Of a stretch of 64,000 nucleotides of DNA, positions 50,745-60,798 are shown in pieces; positions within the stretch are counted from its first letter, which is position 1; every line of letters begins with the position of its first letter. The stretch spans positions 11,635-75,634 of the forward strand of contig JAHITJ010000250.1 of NCBI GenBank assembly GCA_018817795.1, in the 5' to 3' direction. The stretch comes from Myxococcota bacterium. GTDB taxonomy: Bacteria > Myxococcota_A > Polyangia > HGW-17. The notes beneath the pieces are model-generated. The model searched no databases, was not told the DNA's origin, and saw only the letters and a list, made by a program, of their open reading frames with translations. The position numbers were made by a program, and so were the translations under genes.

Positions 50745-51049
50745 TTATTCTGGAAAGCTTCCGTTTGCCTGGCGTTCCCCACCGCCACACGACCCGGACG
50801 CGGGCGAGCGGACGCTCCCCCGGCAGTTCCGATCCCGCCCTCACACCCGAAAACAGAACAGGTGCAACCGGGACCACGCGAACCAGATGATTTTATGTGT
50901 CATGGTAAAAGAATATCGCAACCGGGGGCAAACTCAAGTTCGAGATCAATTCACCGAGTCCACCCGTGGAAGAAAATAGACCCTTGCTGCGTCCAACCGG
51001 GCGTCAGCCCACCACTTGAGGCACCCGCAAAAGGGTGCAGGACCATGAA

Positions 51050-52312
51050 TTAATATTGTTCAGAGGAGACGCGGACGACCGCGGCGCCCAGCGCCTGCAG
51101 CTTCTTCTCGATCTGCTCGTAGCCGCGGTCGAGGTGGTAGACGCGCAGCACGTCGGTGTCGCCCTGGGCGATGAGTCCCGCCAGGATCAGGCTCGCCGAG
51201 GCCCGCAGGTCGGTGGCCATCACCGTGGCACCGGAGAGGTTGGCCGGTCCGCGGATGATGGCGGTGCGGCCGCGGATGGAGATGTCCGCACCCATGCGCA
51301 TCAGTTCGGGGACGTGCATGAAGCGATTTTCGAAGATGCTCTCAGTGATGATGCTCTGGCCCGAGGCCGCCAGCGCCAGCACCATGAACTGGGCCTGCAT
51401 GTCCGTGGGGAAGCCCGGGTGGGGCTGGGTGATGATGTCCAGCGGGTGCAACGTGGAGCCGCCGCGCACGCGCACGCTGTCGCCGGTGAGGTCGACCTGC
51501 ACGCCGGCCAGCCGCAGCTTCTCGATGATCACCGCCAGGTGTTCCGGGCAGATGCCCTCTAGGACCACGTCGCCGCCGGTGATCGCCGCAGCGATCATCA
51601 GCGTCCCGGTCTCGATGCGGTCGGGGATGACCACGTGCTCGGTCGGGTGCAGTTGGTCGACGCCCTCGATGGTGATGAACGGCGTGCCCGCTCCCTTGAT
51701 CCGCGCGCCCATCTTGTTGAGCAACTGGGCCAGGTCGACGATCTCGGGCTCGCAGGCGGCGTTGTCCAGCGTGGTGACGCCGTCGGCCAGGGACGCGGCC
51801 ATCAGCAGGTTCTCGGTGCCGCCCACGGTGGGCTGCGGGAAGTGGATGTGCGCGCCTTGAAGCCGCGGGCAGGTGACCTCGACGTAGCCGCCCTTGATCG
51901 CGACCTTGGCGCCCATGGCCTCGAGGCCCATCAGGTGCAGGTCGATGGGCCGGGCGCCGATGGCGCAGCCGCCGGGCAGGGAGACGACGGCATTCCCGAA
52001 GCGCGCCACCAGCGGTCCGAGGACCAGGATGGCCGCGCGCATGGTCTTCATCAGTTCATACGGAGCCACCGTGCTCACGATGTCGGTCGAGTCCACGACG
52101 ACGTCGGGCCACTGCAGGTCCACGTCGGCGCCCATGATCGCCAGACACTTGGCCATGGTGCGCAGATCCCCCAGACGGGGCACGTTGTGGTACACGTTGC
52201 GGCCCGGCGCCAGAAGCGAGGCCGCCAGAAGCGGCAGGGCGGCGTTCTTGGCGCCCGAGACGCGGACGGTGCCGTTCAGGGTGCGTCCACCGGTGATGAC
52301 GATCTTGTCCAT
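51050..52312 (-). CDS. murA: UDP-N-acetylglucosamine 1-carboxyvinyltransferase
   Basis: [52 protein letters not shown]. Confidence 0.98.
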   Translation of the reverse strand: MDKIVITGGRTLNGTVRVSGAKNAALPLLAASLLAPGRNVYHNVPRLGDLRTMAKCLAIMGADVDLQWPDVVVDSTDIVSTVAPYELMKTMRAAILVLGPLVARFGNAVVSLPGGCAIGARPIDLHLMGLEAMGAKVAIKGGYVEVTCPRLQGAHIHFPQPTVGGTENLLMAASLADGVTTLDNAACEPEIVDLAQLLNKMGARIKGAGTPFITIEGVDQLHPTEHVVIPDRIETGTLMIAAAITGGDVVLEGICPEHLAVIIEKLRLAGVQVDLTGDSVRVRGGSTLHPLDIITQPHPGFPTDMQAQFMVLALAASGQSIITESIFENRFMHVPELMRMGADISIRGRTAIIRGPANLSGATVMATDLRASASLILAGLIAQGDTDVLRVYHLDRGYEQIEKKLQALGAAVVRVSSEQY

Positions 52313-52326
52313 GCGGCCTCCTCGGC

Positions 52327-53622
52327 TCAGATGGCCCGGGAACGGATCCGTTCGCCTTCCAGGAAGAGCTCGACGGTCTTCTCGACGCCGGAGCCGAACC
52401 AGTTCCAGGCCTGCTCCTCGAGGAACGTGAACAGGAAGGTGTTCAACCCGCGGGCGCCGGTCTCGCGCTTGAGCGCAGCCTCGACGAGGTGGTCGACGAC
52501 CGCGTCGGGCACGCGCAGCTCGATGTTCTCGAGCTGGAACTCGGCGATGGCCTTCTTCATGAAGTTGTCCAGCAGGATCTCGCGCAGAACGGGCTTGTCC
52601 AGCGGCGCGAACGGCACCACACGGTGAAAGCGCGCGATCAGTTCGGGCAGGAAGCCGTAGGTCTGGAAGTACGCGACGTTCTCGACCTCTTCGGGGTCGA
52701 GATCCACGGCGATGGCCGTCTCGTCGAAGCGACGTTTCTCGGCGTTGGTCTGGAAAAATCCGGTGACCTTGCCGGAGCGGAAGCGGTTGACGATACCCGC
52801 GAAACCCGAGAACGCGCCGATGCCGATGAACGCGATGTTGCGCGTGTTGATCGTGACGGTCTCGACATAGGACGAGTGGGTCATCTCCACGGGGGCGGTC
52901 ACGTCGGCGGCCTCGAGCATCTTGAGCAGCTCGCGCTGGACGCCCATGCCGGTGATGTCCTTGGTCGTCCCGGCGCCGGCGAACACGGCGTTGTTCTGGT
53001 TGGAGGCGAGCTTGTCGAACTCGTCGAGGGCGATGATGCCGATCTGGGTGAGCTCGGGATCACGGTCGGCCACGTGATACAGCCGCGTCAGGATGTTGTT
53101 CGGATCCTGTCCGACGTACCCTGTCTCCGAAAACGGCGTGACATCGATGATCACCGTGGGCAGCTTCAGGATGCTGCCGAACAGGGACTCGATCAGGAAC
53201 GTCTTGCCCGATCCGGTGGGGCCCATCAGCAGCAGGTTCTGCTTGCCGCCGACCGAGTTCTCCGGCCGCTTGTCCAGGAACAGCCAGCGCAGCCGGGAGA
53301 TGTGTCGGTACGCCATGAGCGTCACCGCACGCCGGGCGCGCATCTGGCCGCGGTAGCCCAACTCCTGTAATTTTTGATCCATGTCACGCGGACTCAGGCG
53401 CGGCAGCCCGGCCACGAGCTCCTCGACCTTGCGCGAGGACTCCTCCTGGGGTGGCGGCGATTCCTGTTCACCGATGCCCAGGGACATCATGATCTCGGAG
53501 AGCAGTTCCTTGTCCTCGGCCGAGGTCCGGCGTTTCTTGCTGCGCGAGGAAGCGGTCTCCTTCTTCGGACAGTCATGGTCTTTCGGCGTCGAGCACGGGT
53601 CTTTGGTCGGTGTGTCGGTCAT
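52327..53622 (-). CDS. ClpX-like AAA+ ATPase lacking the zinc-binding domain
   Basis: [13 protein letters not shown] pore loop, [31 protein letters not shown]. Confidence 0.85.
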   Translation of the reverse strand: MTDTPTKDPCSTPKDHDCPKKETASSRSKKRRTSAEDKELLSEIMMSLGIGEQESPPPQEESSRKVEELVAGLPRLSPRDMDQKLQELGYRGQMRARRAVTLMAYRHISRLRWLFLDKRPENSVGGKQNLLLMGPTGSGKTFLIESLFGSILKLPTVIIDVTPFSETGYVGQDPNNILTRLYHVADRDPELTQIGIIALDEFDKLASNQNNAVFAGAGTTKDITGMGVQRELLKMLEAADVTAPVEMTHSSYVETVTINTRNIAFIGIGAFSGFAGIVNRFRSGKVTGFFQTNAEKRRFDETAIAVDLDPEEVENVAYFQTYGFLPELIARFHRVVPFAPLDKPVLREILLDNFMKKAIAEFQLENIELRVPDAVVDHLVEAALKRETGARGLNTFLFTFLEEQAWNWFGSGVEKTVELFLEGERIRSRAI

Positions 53623-53930
53623 GAATCAGATTCCGGTTTCCACCTCCCCGTTCTGTGGGGAAGTGGCCCCGTTTTTCCCCGATATGCCGGGAAAAAGCAA
53701 GCAAAACCCTTCATGGCATGGGGTGATCGAGTTCCCCGGACTCCGTGCAGCCCGCATCATGCGTGAACAACTCCTTAACGCCAACCCGGCAAGTTTTTCA
53801 GGTGATCTAACCTTGGCCTGCCTGCCAACTAAGTCTATCGAAGCTCGGAGTATGCCGATTTTTTCGCGCTCATGTTCCCGGAAACCAGTTTCAGCTTGGA
53901 TTTTTTCGCCGGCTTGCGTAGCATGACGCC

Positions 53931-54380
53931 ATGAGCAACCGCAGAAAAAGTCCGCGTCTCTACTTTGATTTGCCAGTATCATTTGAAGTCCTGCCGGCCC
54001 ACATGATCTCCCTGCCGCCGGAGCTGGCCCGCGTCTTCCAGCGCGTGACGCCCTCCGAGGAGGGCCTCGGCCGCAAGGTGGAGGGACGCCTGCGGGACCT
54101 CAGTTCCACCGGCGCCTTCGTCTCCGGGACGCCGCCGCCGCTTTTGACCCGCGTGGGCCTGATCTTCGGCATTCCCGGCTTCGCGCGGGTAGAGGCCATC
54201 GGCTGGATCCTGTGGCGCCGCACCGAGGACGTCACACTGGACGGAAAGGTGTTGCCCGCAGGCTTCGGCGTGCTATTCGAGTATCTGGCGCCCGAGGCCC
54301 GGCTGCACATCGACCGGCTGGTCATCATGCAGCAGAACGCAATGGATATTGATCAATTATGGCCCGTCCTTCTGGAATGA
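53931..54380 (+). CDS. PilZ domain protein
   Basis: RRKSPR (RxxxR), DLSSTG (DxSxxG), GFGVLF. Confidence 0.85.
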   Translation: MSNRRKSPRLYFDLPVSFEVLPAHMISLPPELARVFQRVTPSEEGLGRKVEGRLRDLSSTGAFVSGTPPPLLTRVGLIFGIPGFARVEAIGWILWRRTEDVTLDGKVLPAGFGVLFEYLAPEARLHIDRLVIMQQNAMDIDQLWPVLLE

Positions 54381-56452
54381 TTTCTCTTTCTTCCCTTTTC
54401 CACCGTCTCATCACCGTGGGGGTGTTCGTGCTGGCGCTTTCCGCCTGTGACGAGAAGATCCGCTATGAGGGACCCGTGTGCGGAGACGGCCGCACGGAGG
54501 GCACCGAGGTCTGCGACGACGGCAACACCCTCGACGGCGACGGCTGCAGCCGGTTCTGCCGCCTCGAGCGCGTCGAGATCTGCGACAACCAGACTGACGA
54601 CGACGAGAACGGCTGGATCGACTGCCTCGATCCTGCCTGTGCAGGCGATCCCTCCTGCACCGGCGAGATCTGCGGAAACGGCCTCGACGACGACGAAAAC
54701 GGCAGCATCGACTGCGACGATGCGGCCTGTCTGCACCACGTGACCTGCCAGCGCCCTGAGGACTGCGAAAACGGCCTCGACGATGACGGAAACGGCTATT
54801 CCGACTGCGACGACGCAGCCTGCGCAGGGCATCCGCTGTGCGGCGCCTGCGATCCCACCGACGGGGCCTCGGCTGCGGTGGGTGATGCCTTCAACCTGCC
54901 GCGCAACGCCGACACCGTGGTGCGCGCGGTGCCGTGCCTGGCGTCGGCCGAGCCGGTGTGGGTGTTCCGCCTGCACCTGTCGGAGCCGGCGGGATTGCGC
55001 CTGCTCCCGGGTGGCGCGGATGGATTCCTGTTTTTCGCGCGCGAGGAGGATCCCGACGGCACCTGCGGTTTGGACACCCTGGCCTGTGTGCTGCTGCCTG
55101 CGGGCTCGCTGGACCTGCCGCTGCTGCCGCCGGGGGTGTACCGGTTCACGGCGCCGGCGGGCCAGGCGGTCTCCCTTTCCCTGGTGGAAGCAATCTACGA
55201 AGTTTGTGACAACGGCTTCGACGACGATCTTGACGGCGACGTGGACTGCGAGGATTTCGACTGCGTGGCCGCCAACGCCTGCATGCCCGAGATCTGCGAC
55301 AACGGGCTCGACGACAACGGCGACGGGCTGACCGACTGCGAGGACGAGTCCTGCGCCGAGTCCTGCGCGCCCGACGAGATCTGTGACAACGGGCTCGACG
55401 ACGACCTCGACGGCCGCGTCGACTGCCGGGACTTCGACTGCGCCGGTTCCGCGGCCTGCACGGGCTCCTCCTGTATCGTCCACTTCGACTTCGGCACCCT
55501 GCACCGGGGCGCGGTCGCCGCGGCCGACTGGAGCACGGTGAGCACGCCCAACGCCCTGATCGCCTCCTGCGGCGGCGCCGGACCCGACTTCACCGCGTCG
55601 TTTTCGCTGGACACCCCGTCCAACGTCCTGCTGCACTTCTCGCAATCGGGCTCGCACTCGGTCACGCTCTCGACGGAGGCGGGTCCGGGCAGCGGTTGCG
55701 GCGCCGGTGAACTGACCTGCAAGCCCTCCCCCGGGCTCCACCTGCCGGGCACCTGGTCCTTCTCCACGTTGCCGCCGGCCCGATATTTCGTGACTGCCGA
55801 CGCCGTCACCACCGACGCCACCGGCCTCGGGCAGATGGAACTGCAGGTCGCCGGCCCCCTCGACGAGTGGTGCGACAACGGCGTCGATGACAACGCCGAC
55901 GGCCAGACCGACTGTGACGACGCGGCCTGCGCGGACCTGTCGTTCTGCCAGGGCGAGACCCGCTGCAGGGACGGCCTCGACGACAACACCGACGGCTGGA
56001 TCGACTGCGCCGACGTGCAGTGCATGGGCACCACCGCCTGCGGGCCCGGCACCTGCGTCGTCGATCGCCCGCTGGGAGCCCTGACCCCGGGCCATCCCCT
56101 CTCGGCGTGGGTGAATCTGTCCGACGGGCCCGGGACCGCCTCCCTGCCCTGTGGTCTTGCGGACTCCCTCCCTGCCTGGATCCTCTCGTTCTCCCTGCCC
56201 TCTGCGGCCCGGGTGCGCCTGCGCCTGCTGCCCGAGGACTTCTCCGATCCCGCCCTGGCGCTCTCGGTCCCGGCCGGCATCGGTTCGGGGTGCCTCGACG
56301 CGGTCCATCTGTGCACGGGCGTGCCGGCCCCCGGCATCGGAGCCACGGTGGAGACCACCGAGCTTCCCGCCGGCGGACCTTATTATCTTGTCGTCTCCGC
56401 CTACGCCGCCCCGGCCACCGGCCGGGTGCAGGTCATCCTCAACGCCCTGTGA
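54377..56452 (+). CDS. Cysteine-rich repeat lipoprotein (myxobacterial CGDG and EICDNG.DDD..G..DC.D..C repeats with PPC-like domains)
   Basis: Lipobox LSAC; CGDG..EG.E.CDDGN...GDGCS; about eight Ca-binding-like repeats. Confidence 0.85.
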   Translation: MISLSSLFHRLITVGVFVLALSACDEKIRYEGPVCGDGRTEGTEVCDDGNTLDGDGCSRFCRLERVEICDNQTDDDENGWIDCLDPACAGDPSCTGEICGNGLDDDENGSIDCDDAACLHHVTCQRPEDCENGLDDDGNGYSDCDDAACAGHPLCGACDPTDGASAAVGDAFNLPRNADTVVRAVPCLASAEPVWVFRLHLSEPAGLRLLPGGADGFLFFAREEDPDGTCGLDTLACVLLPAGSLDLPLLPPGVYRFTAPAGQAVSLSLVEAIYEVCDNGFDDDLDGDVDCEDFDCVAANACMPEICDNGLDDNGDGLTDCEDESCAESCAPDEICDNGLDDDLDGRVDCRDFDCAGSAACTGSSCIVHFDFGTLHRGAVAAADWSTVSTPNALIASCGGAGPDFTASFSLDTPSNVLLHFSQSGSHSVTLSTEAGPGSGCGAGELTCKPSPGLHLPGTWSFSTLPPARYFVTADAVTTDATGLGQMELQVAGPLDEWCDNGVDDNADGQTDCDDAACADLSFCQGETRCRDGLDDNTDGWIDCADVQCMGTTACGPGTCVVDRPLGALTPGHPLSAWVNLSDGPGTASLPCGLADSLPAWILSFSLPSAARVRLRLLPEDFSDPALALSVPAGIGSGCLDAVHLCTGVPAPGIGATVETTELPAGGPYYLVVSAYAAPATGRVQVILNAL

Positions 56453-56481
56453 ATCCGAAAAGAAAAGAAGAGAAAAGAAGA

Positions 56482-56636
56482 GAAGAGACCACGGAAAAGA
56501 AGGTTATAAATAGATTGCGGATCACGCGGAAAAGAAGATCGCGGAGGTCGCTGAAGGGGGAAACAGGTAAAAAGAGATCGTCTCTTCCCAACTCGTTTCC
56601 TTTTTTCCGCGTCCGCTTCCGCGTGATCCGCGATCT
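56482..56636. repeat. Intergenic inverted repeat between convergent genes (REP-like, possible bidirectional terminator); includes purine-rich repeat copy C
   Basis: agattgcggatcacgcggaa (56512-56531) pairs with ttccgcgtgatccgcgatct (56617-56636), 19/20; purine-rich left half, pyrimidine-rich right half. Confidence 0.75.
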
Positions 56637-56659
56637 CTTCTCCTTAACCCCGTCTCTTC

Positions 56660-57415
56660 CTAAAAGCCGGGGGTCTCCATGGGCCCCGTCGAGGAGCCGG
56701 AGAAGAACTGGCGGATGATCGGATCGGTCGATGCGGTGAACTCGGCGGCGGAGCCCTCGAGGTAGATCCTCCCCTGGTACACCATGGCGATCCGCTGGCC
56801 AATGCTGAAGATCGACTGCAGATCATGGGAAACGACGATGCAGCCCACGTTGTGGTGCGCGGCCAGCTCCGCGATGAGGCGGTCCACGCGCCGGGCCGAG
56901 ACCGGATCCAGACCGGTGGTGGGCTCGTCGAACAGCACGTAGTTCGGCTTGAGCGTCAGCGCGCGGGCGATGGCCACCCGCTTCTTCATGCCGTCACCGA
57001 TCTCGGCTGGATACGCATGGGCCCAGTCGGACATGCCCACCTCGGCGAGCAGCTCCAGGGCCCGGGGACGGGCGACCTTCTCGGACAAGCGGGCGACCTT
57101 GCGCAGCGGCAGCATGACGTTCTGCAGCACGTCGAGGCTGTCGAACAGCGACGAGGCCTGGAACACCATCGCCACCTGCTTGCGGATCCCGAAAAATGCC
57201 TTCTCGGAGAGCCCGTTGACGAGGACGCCGTCGACCCGGATCTCGCCCGAGGTCGGGCAGAGCAGGCCGATGATGTGCTTGATGGTGACGGACTTGCCCA
57301 CGCCTGAGGTGCCCACGACCATGAGGATCTCGCCGCGCTCCACGCGCATGGTGATCCCACAGAGCACGGTGCGGGTGCCGAAGGTCTTCACGACGTCGAG
57401 AAACTCGATGGCCAT
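56660..57415 (-). CDS. MlaF/Ttg2A-like ABC ATP-binding protein
   Basis: GTSGVGKS, MVFQASSLFDSL, variant signature IGDGMKKRVAIARAL, FDEPTTGLDP, VSHD. Confidence 0.9.
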   Translation of the reverse strand: MAIEFLDVVKTFGTRTVLCGITMRVERGEILMVVGTSGVGKSVTIKHIIGLLCPTSGEIRVDGVLVNGLSEKAFFGIRKQVAMVFQASSLFDSLDVLQNVMLPLRKVARLSEKVARPRALELLAEVGMSDWAHAYPAEIGDGMKKRVAIARALTLKPNYVLFDEPTTGLDPVSARRVDRLIAELAAHHNVGCIVVSHDLQSIFSIGQRIAMVYQGRIYLEGSAAEFTASTDPIIRQFFSGSSTGPMETPGF

Positions 57416-57419
57416 GGGT

Positions 57420-58214
57420 TCACGTTCCCGACTGGACCGTCATCAGGCCGATCGCCGAGATGACAAAGTCCAGGATGATGACGGTCAGCGAGGAGTTGAT
57501 GACCGCCCGCGTGGTGGCGGTGCCCACGCCCTCGGAGCCGCCGGTGGTGGAGAGCCCGCAGTACCCGGACACGATCGGTATCGCGCCGCCGTGGACCACG
57601 AGCTTGGTCAGGCCCACGCCCAGATCGCCCCAGGTAATCTTCTCGAACACGAAGAAGACATTGTAGTTGACGTCGAAGGCCGTGTGCGCCATCAGTGCGC
57701 CTGCCAGCACCACGATCACCGTGGCATAGATGCCCAGCACCAGCGTCATGATCATCGAGGCCAGAAAGCGCGGCACGATCAGATAGTCCACCGGATCTAC
57801 GCCGGTCATGCGCAGGGCGTCGACCTGCTCGGTCACGGTCATGGAGCCGATCTCGGCGGCGATGCCGGCGCCGACACGGGTCGCCAGCATCATGGCCGTC
57901 AGGATCGGCACGAAGGCGTGCACCATGCCGCGGATGAACTCCGGACCCACCTGGCTCTGATCGCCGGTGATCTTGTTGATCTGCAGACACACCTGGAACA
58001 CCAGGACCATGCCCAGGGCGCCCAGCGTCACCGTCACGAACAAGAGCGAGCGGTTGCCGATCTGGTACATCTGGTGCAGCACCTCGCCGCGGGCACGCTC
58101 CTTGGGGTGAAACACGCCACGGAAGGTGCGGCCCGCGATGGAGAGGGCCTGGAAGAAGGCCTCCACCATGCCCAGCACGAAGGCACCAACGGAGGCGAAG
58201 AAGTTCGAAATCAT
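57420..58214 (-). CDS. MlaE family permease
   Basis: RVGAGIAAEIGSMTVTEQVDALR..GVDPVDYLIVPR; EGVGTATTRAV. Confidence 0.92.
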   Translation of the reverse strand: MISNFFASVGAFVLGMVEAFFQALSIAGRTFRGVFHPKERARGEVLHQMYQIGNRSLLFVTVTLGALGMVLVFQVCLQINKITGDQSQVGPEFIRGMVHAFVPILTAMMLATRVGAGIAAEIGSMTVTEQVDALRMTGVDPVDYLIVPRFLASMIMTLVLGIYATVIVVLAGALMAHTAFDVNYNVFFVFEKITWGDLGVGLTKLVVHGGAIPIVSGYCGLSTTGGSEGVGTATTRAVINSSLTVIILDFVISAIGLMTVQSGT

Positions 58215-58227
58215 ACAGGCATCTTTC

Positions 58228-59004
58228 CTAAGGCAGCGCGTACGTCAGCAGGTAATCCGACAGCACGATGCCCAGCGCGGCCGCCACGACCGCGTTGTTG
58301 ACCGCACGGCCCACGCCGACGGCCCCGCCCTTCACAGTGATGCCGAAGTGGCATGATGTGAGCGCGACGATGAATCCGAACACGGCCGCCTTGATCAGGC
58401 CGTGGGTGACGTCGGCCACGTGCACGTTCTGCGAGAACGACACCCAGAACGACGCCAGGCTGACATCGGCGAGCACGGTGCCGAACAGCGCAGCCCCGAC
58501 GATCGCGACGACATCCCCCAGGATCGTGAGCAAAAACAGCATCACGATCATCGAGAGCACGCGGGGCACGATCAGGTAGCGCACCGGATCGATCGACAGC
58601 GCCCGCAGTCCGTCAATCTGCTCGGTGACCACCATCGTACCGAGCTCGGCGGTGTTGTTGGAGCCCACGCGGCCGGAGAACATCAGCCCCAGCAGCATCG
58701 GGCCGATCTCCCGGAACACGGCGTAGCCAGCCCCCCATCCCACCAGCGAGGTGGCGCCGAACTTCTTCACGAACACCGCCGCCTGGATGACCATGATGCC
58801 GCCGGTGAAGAAAGCCGTCAGCACAATGATCGGCACGCTCCTGACGCCCATCTTGTGCAGGTTGCGCCAGGTCTCGTCGAGATCGAAGCGCGGCGGGAGC
58901 AGGCAGATCAGCACGCGGAACAACAACGTCAGGATGCCGCCGACCTCGGCGCACAGGTTCAGCACCGAGGCGCCGACGGCCGCGAAGAAATTGCCCGCCA
59001 TCAC
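58228..59004 (-). CDS. MlaE family permease
   Basis: REIGP, GRVGSNNTAELGTMVVTEQIDGLR, GGAVGVGRAV. Confidence 0.92.
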   Translation of the reverse strand: MMAGNFFAAVGASVLNLCAEVGGILTLLFRVLICLLPPRFDLDETWRNLHKMGVRSVPIIVLTAFFTGGIMVIQAAVFVKKFGATSLVGWGAGYAVFREIGPMLLGLMFSGRVGSNNTAELGTMVVTEQIDGLRALSIDPVRYLIVPRVLSMIVMLFLLTILGDVVAIVGAALFGTVLADVSLASFWVSFSQNVHVADVTHGLIKAAVFGFIVALTSCHFGITVKGGAVGVGRAVNNAVVAAALGIVLSDYLLTYALP

Positions 59005-59741
59005 AGGGGACCCTCCGTCTGGCCGCGCACGAACTGGTACACGACCGGATCCTCGCAGGCCTCCAGGCCGGACTCGGGACCGCAGTACCGGATCCGTCCC
59101 TGGTGCAAAAACAGGATGTGGTCCACGAAGTGGCGCAGCGCCGGGATGTCCGACGAGATGGCGATCACTGTGGACGCGTGCTTTTGGCGCAGGCCCGTGA
59201 GCAGATCGTAGATCTTCGAGGTCGTGACGGGATCCAGCCCGGCGGTGGGCTCGTCATAGATCAGCACCGGTGCGTTGCAGATCGTCGCCCGCGCGATGCC
59301 CACGCGCTTCTTCATGCCGCCGGACAACTCCGAGGGCCACTTCTCTTCGGAGCCGGAAAGACCCACCGCCCGCAGCCTCTCCTGGGCCCGGGCAACCAGC
59401 TCGTCCTGCGGCATCTTTGGATTCTGGCGGGCCAGCGGAAAGGCGACGTTCTCCAGAACGCGCAGGAAGTCGAACAGGGCGTTGTTCTGGAACAGCATGC
59501 CCATCTTCCGGCGCACCCGGACGCGGTCGGGTTCGGGCAGGCCGGGCAGATCCACACCGTCGACGATCAGGCGGCCCTGCCGGGGCGTGAACAGGCCGCA
59601 CAGCGTCTTGGCCAGGACGCTCTTGCCCGAGGCGGGCGGCCCGATGATACCCCAGACGCTTCCGGCCTCGATGTGCCAGGTCACGTCAGCCAACACGGGC
59701 CGGTGGGTGAGCTGGAGACAAAGGCCGTCACAGTGGATCAT
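59001..59741 (-). CDS. MlaF/Ttg2A-like ABC ATP-binding protein
   Basis: Start MIHCDG; GPPASGKS, LFQNNALFD, LSGGMKKRVGIARA, YDEPTAGLDP; H-loop reads ISSD (His absent). Confidence 0.88.
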   Translation of the reverse strand: MIHCDGLCLQLTHRPVLADVTWHIEAGSVWGIIGPPASGKSVLAKTLCGLFTPRQGRLIVDGVDLPGLPEPDRVRVRRKMGMLFQNNALFDFLRVLENVAFPLARQNPKMPQDELVARAQERLRAVGLSGSEEKWPSELSGGMKKRVGIARATICNAPVLIYDEPTAGLDPVTTSKIYDLLTGLRQKHASTVIAISSDIPALRHFVDHILFLHQGRIRYCGPESGLEACEDPVVYQFVRGQTEGPL

Positions 59742-59751
59742 GAATGCGAAT

Positions 59752-60798
59752 CTACGGTTTGGGAGTGCATCCGGCAAGCAGTTTTTTCGCCTGCGGGGCG
59801 AAGCGGCTGGCAGGTATTTTCCGCACCAGCTCCCGTGCCGTGGCGCAGGCCAGCTTGGGTAGTCCATGGGAGGCGTAGTGCTCCATCAGGCGGATCCATG
59901 CGCGATCCCGGAGCCGGGAATCAGGGAACTTGGCGGGCAGATCCGACCAGGCCTTCAACGCGGCCTTGGGCTCGTTGCGCTCCAGATACAGATCACCCAG
60001 CAGCAACTGGGCATCGTCGAGCCACTGGGAGTTGTAATCCCCAAAAAAGAGGCTGCTCTCCCGCGTCTTCATCAATTGATGCAGAAACGCGATGGCCTCC
60101 TTCGTCTTTCCGAGCTCGCGGTTCCAGCCGGCAGCCTTGTAAAGCGCCTCGTCCCAACGAGGGCTGTCGGGATGCCTGCGGGCCAGAAACGACAGCAGGT
60201 GAACCGCATAGCGCTTCCACTCCGGGCTATCAATGCCGTGGGCCAGTTTGGCCGCTTCCATCAACAACAGGCTGGCGATGAAACTGGTCCGGTGTTTCCC
60301 GTAGAACGCCAGCAGCCGGCGGACCAGCTCGCCGGGCCGTGAACGGGACAGTTCCACCACCTTCCATAGCGCATCCTCGGCAGCCACCGTCTCGGGAAAC
60401 CTCTGAACCAGATCCCAGTAGCGCTCGGAATCACCCTCCTGATTGTGCCGCAGGGTCAGCCACAGCGCACGGGCACGGGTCCGTTCCGGCACCTTCGGAT
60501 CGGCGGCCAGCCTGGCCAGAATCGGCAGGGCGCGCTGAACCTGGTTCGAATCCAGGTACAGGCGCGCCGAGGTCAGTTGCCAGTCCGCCCTGCGGGAACG
60601 GGGAACCTTCCTGGACTGGCTCTTCTCGTAGATCTTCCTGGCCGCCACAAGCCGCGACTGAGGCGTCAGGTACCGTGGATAGAGTGGCTTCTTCTTCTGA
60701 GTGGAGCAGGCACCGGTCAGGATGACCAGGCTGAAAAGGAAGATGATGAATGCGGCGCGGGGGCCGCGATTTCCCGACAGGCTAGTCCGTGTCTTCAT
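59752..60798 (-). CDS. TPR lipoprotein (YbgF/BamD-like repeats)
   Basis: Lipobox TGAC; repeated L..RFP.S..A..A units. Confidence 0.75.
   Translation of the reverse strand: MKTRTSLSGNRGPRAAFIIFLFSLVILTGACSTQKKKPLYPRYLTPQSRLVAARKIYEKSQSRKVPRSRRADWQLTSARLYLDSNQVQRALPILARLAADPKVPERTRARALWLTLRHNQEGDSERYWDLVQRFPETVAAEDALWKVVELSRSRPGELVRRLLAFYGKHRTSFIASLLLMEAAKLAHGIDSPEWKRYAVHLLSFLARRHPDSPRWDEALYKAAGWNRELGKTKEAIAFLHQLMKTRESSLFFGDYNSQWLDDAQLLLGDLYLERNEPKAALKAWSDLPAKFPDSRLRDRAWIRLMEHYASHGLPKLACATARELVRKIPASRFAPQAKKLLAGCTPKP

Noticed and set aside
50924-50970. GGCAAACTC as a c-di-GMP-I riboswitch
   Set aside because: It lacks the GAAA tetraloop and the GACGCAAAG segment, and no co-oriented gene follows.
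53626-53982. 118-aa minus-strand ORF upstream of the ClpX-like gene
   Set aside because: It crosses an AT-richer divergent promoter region, overlaps the PilZ start and has atypical codons.
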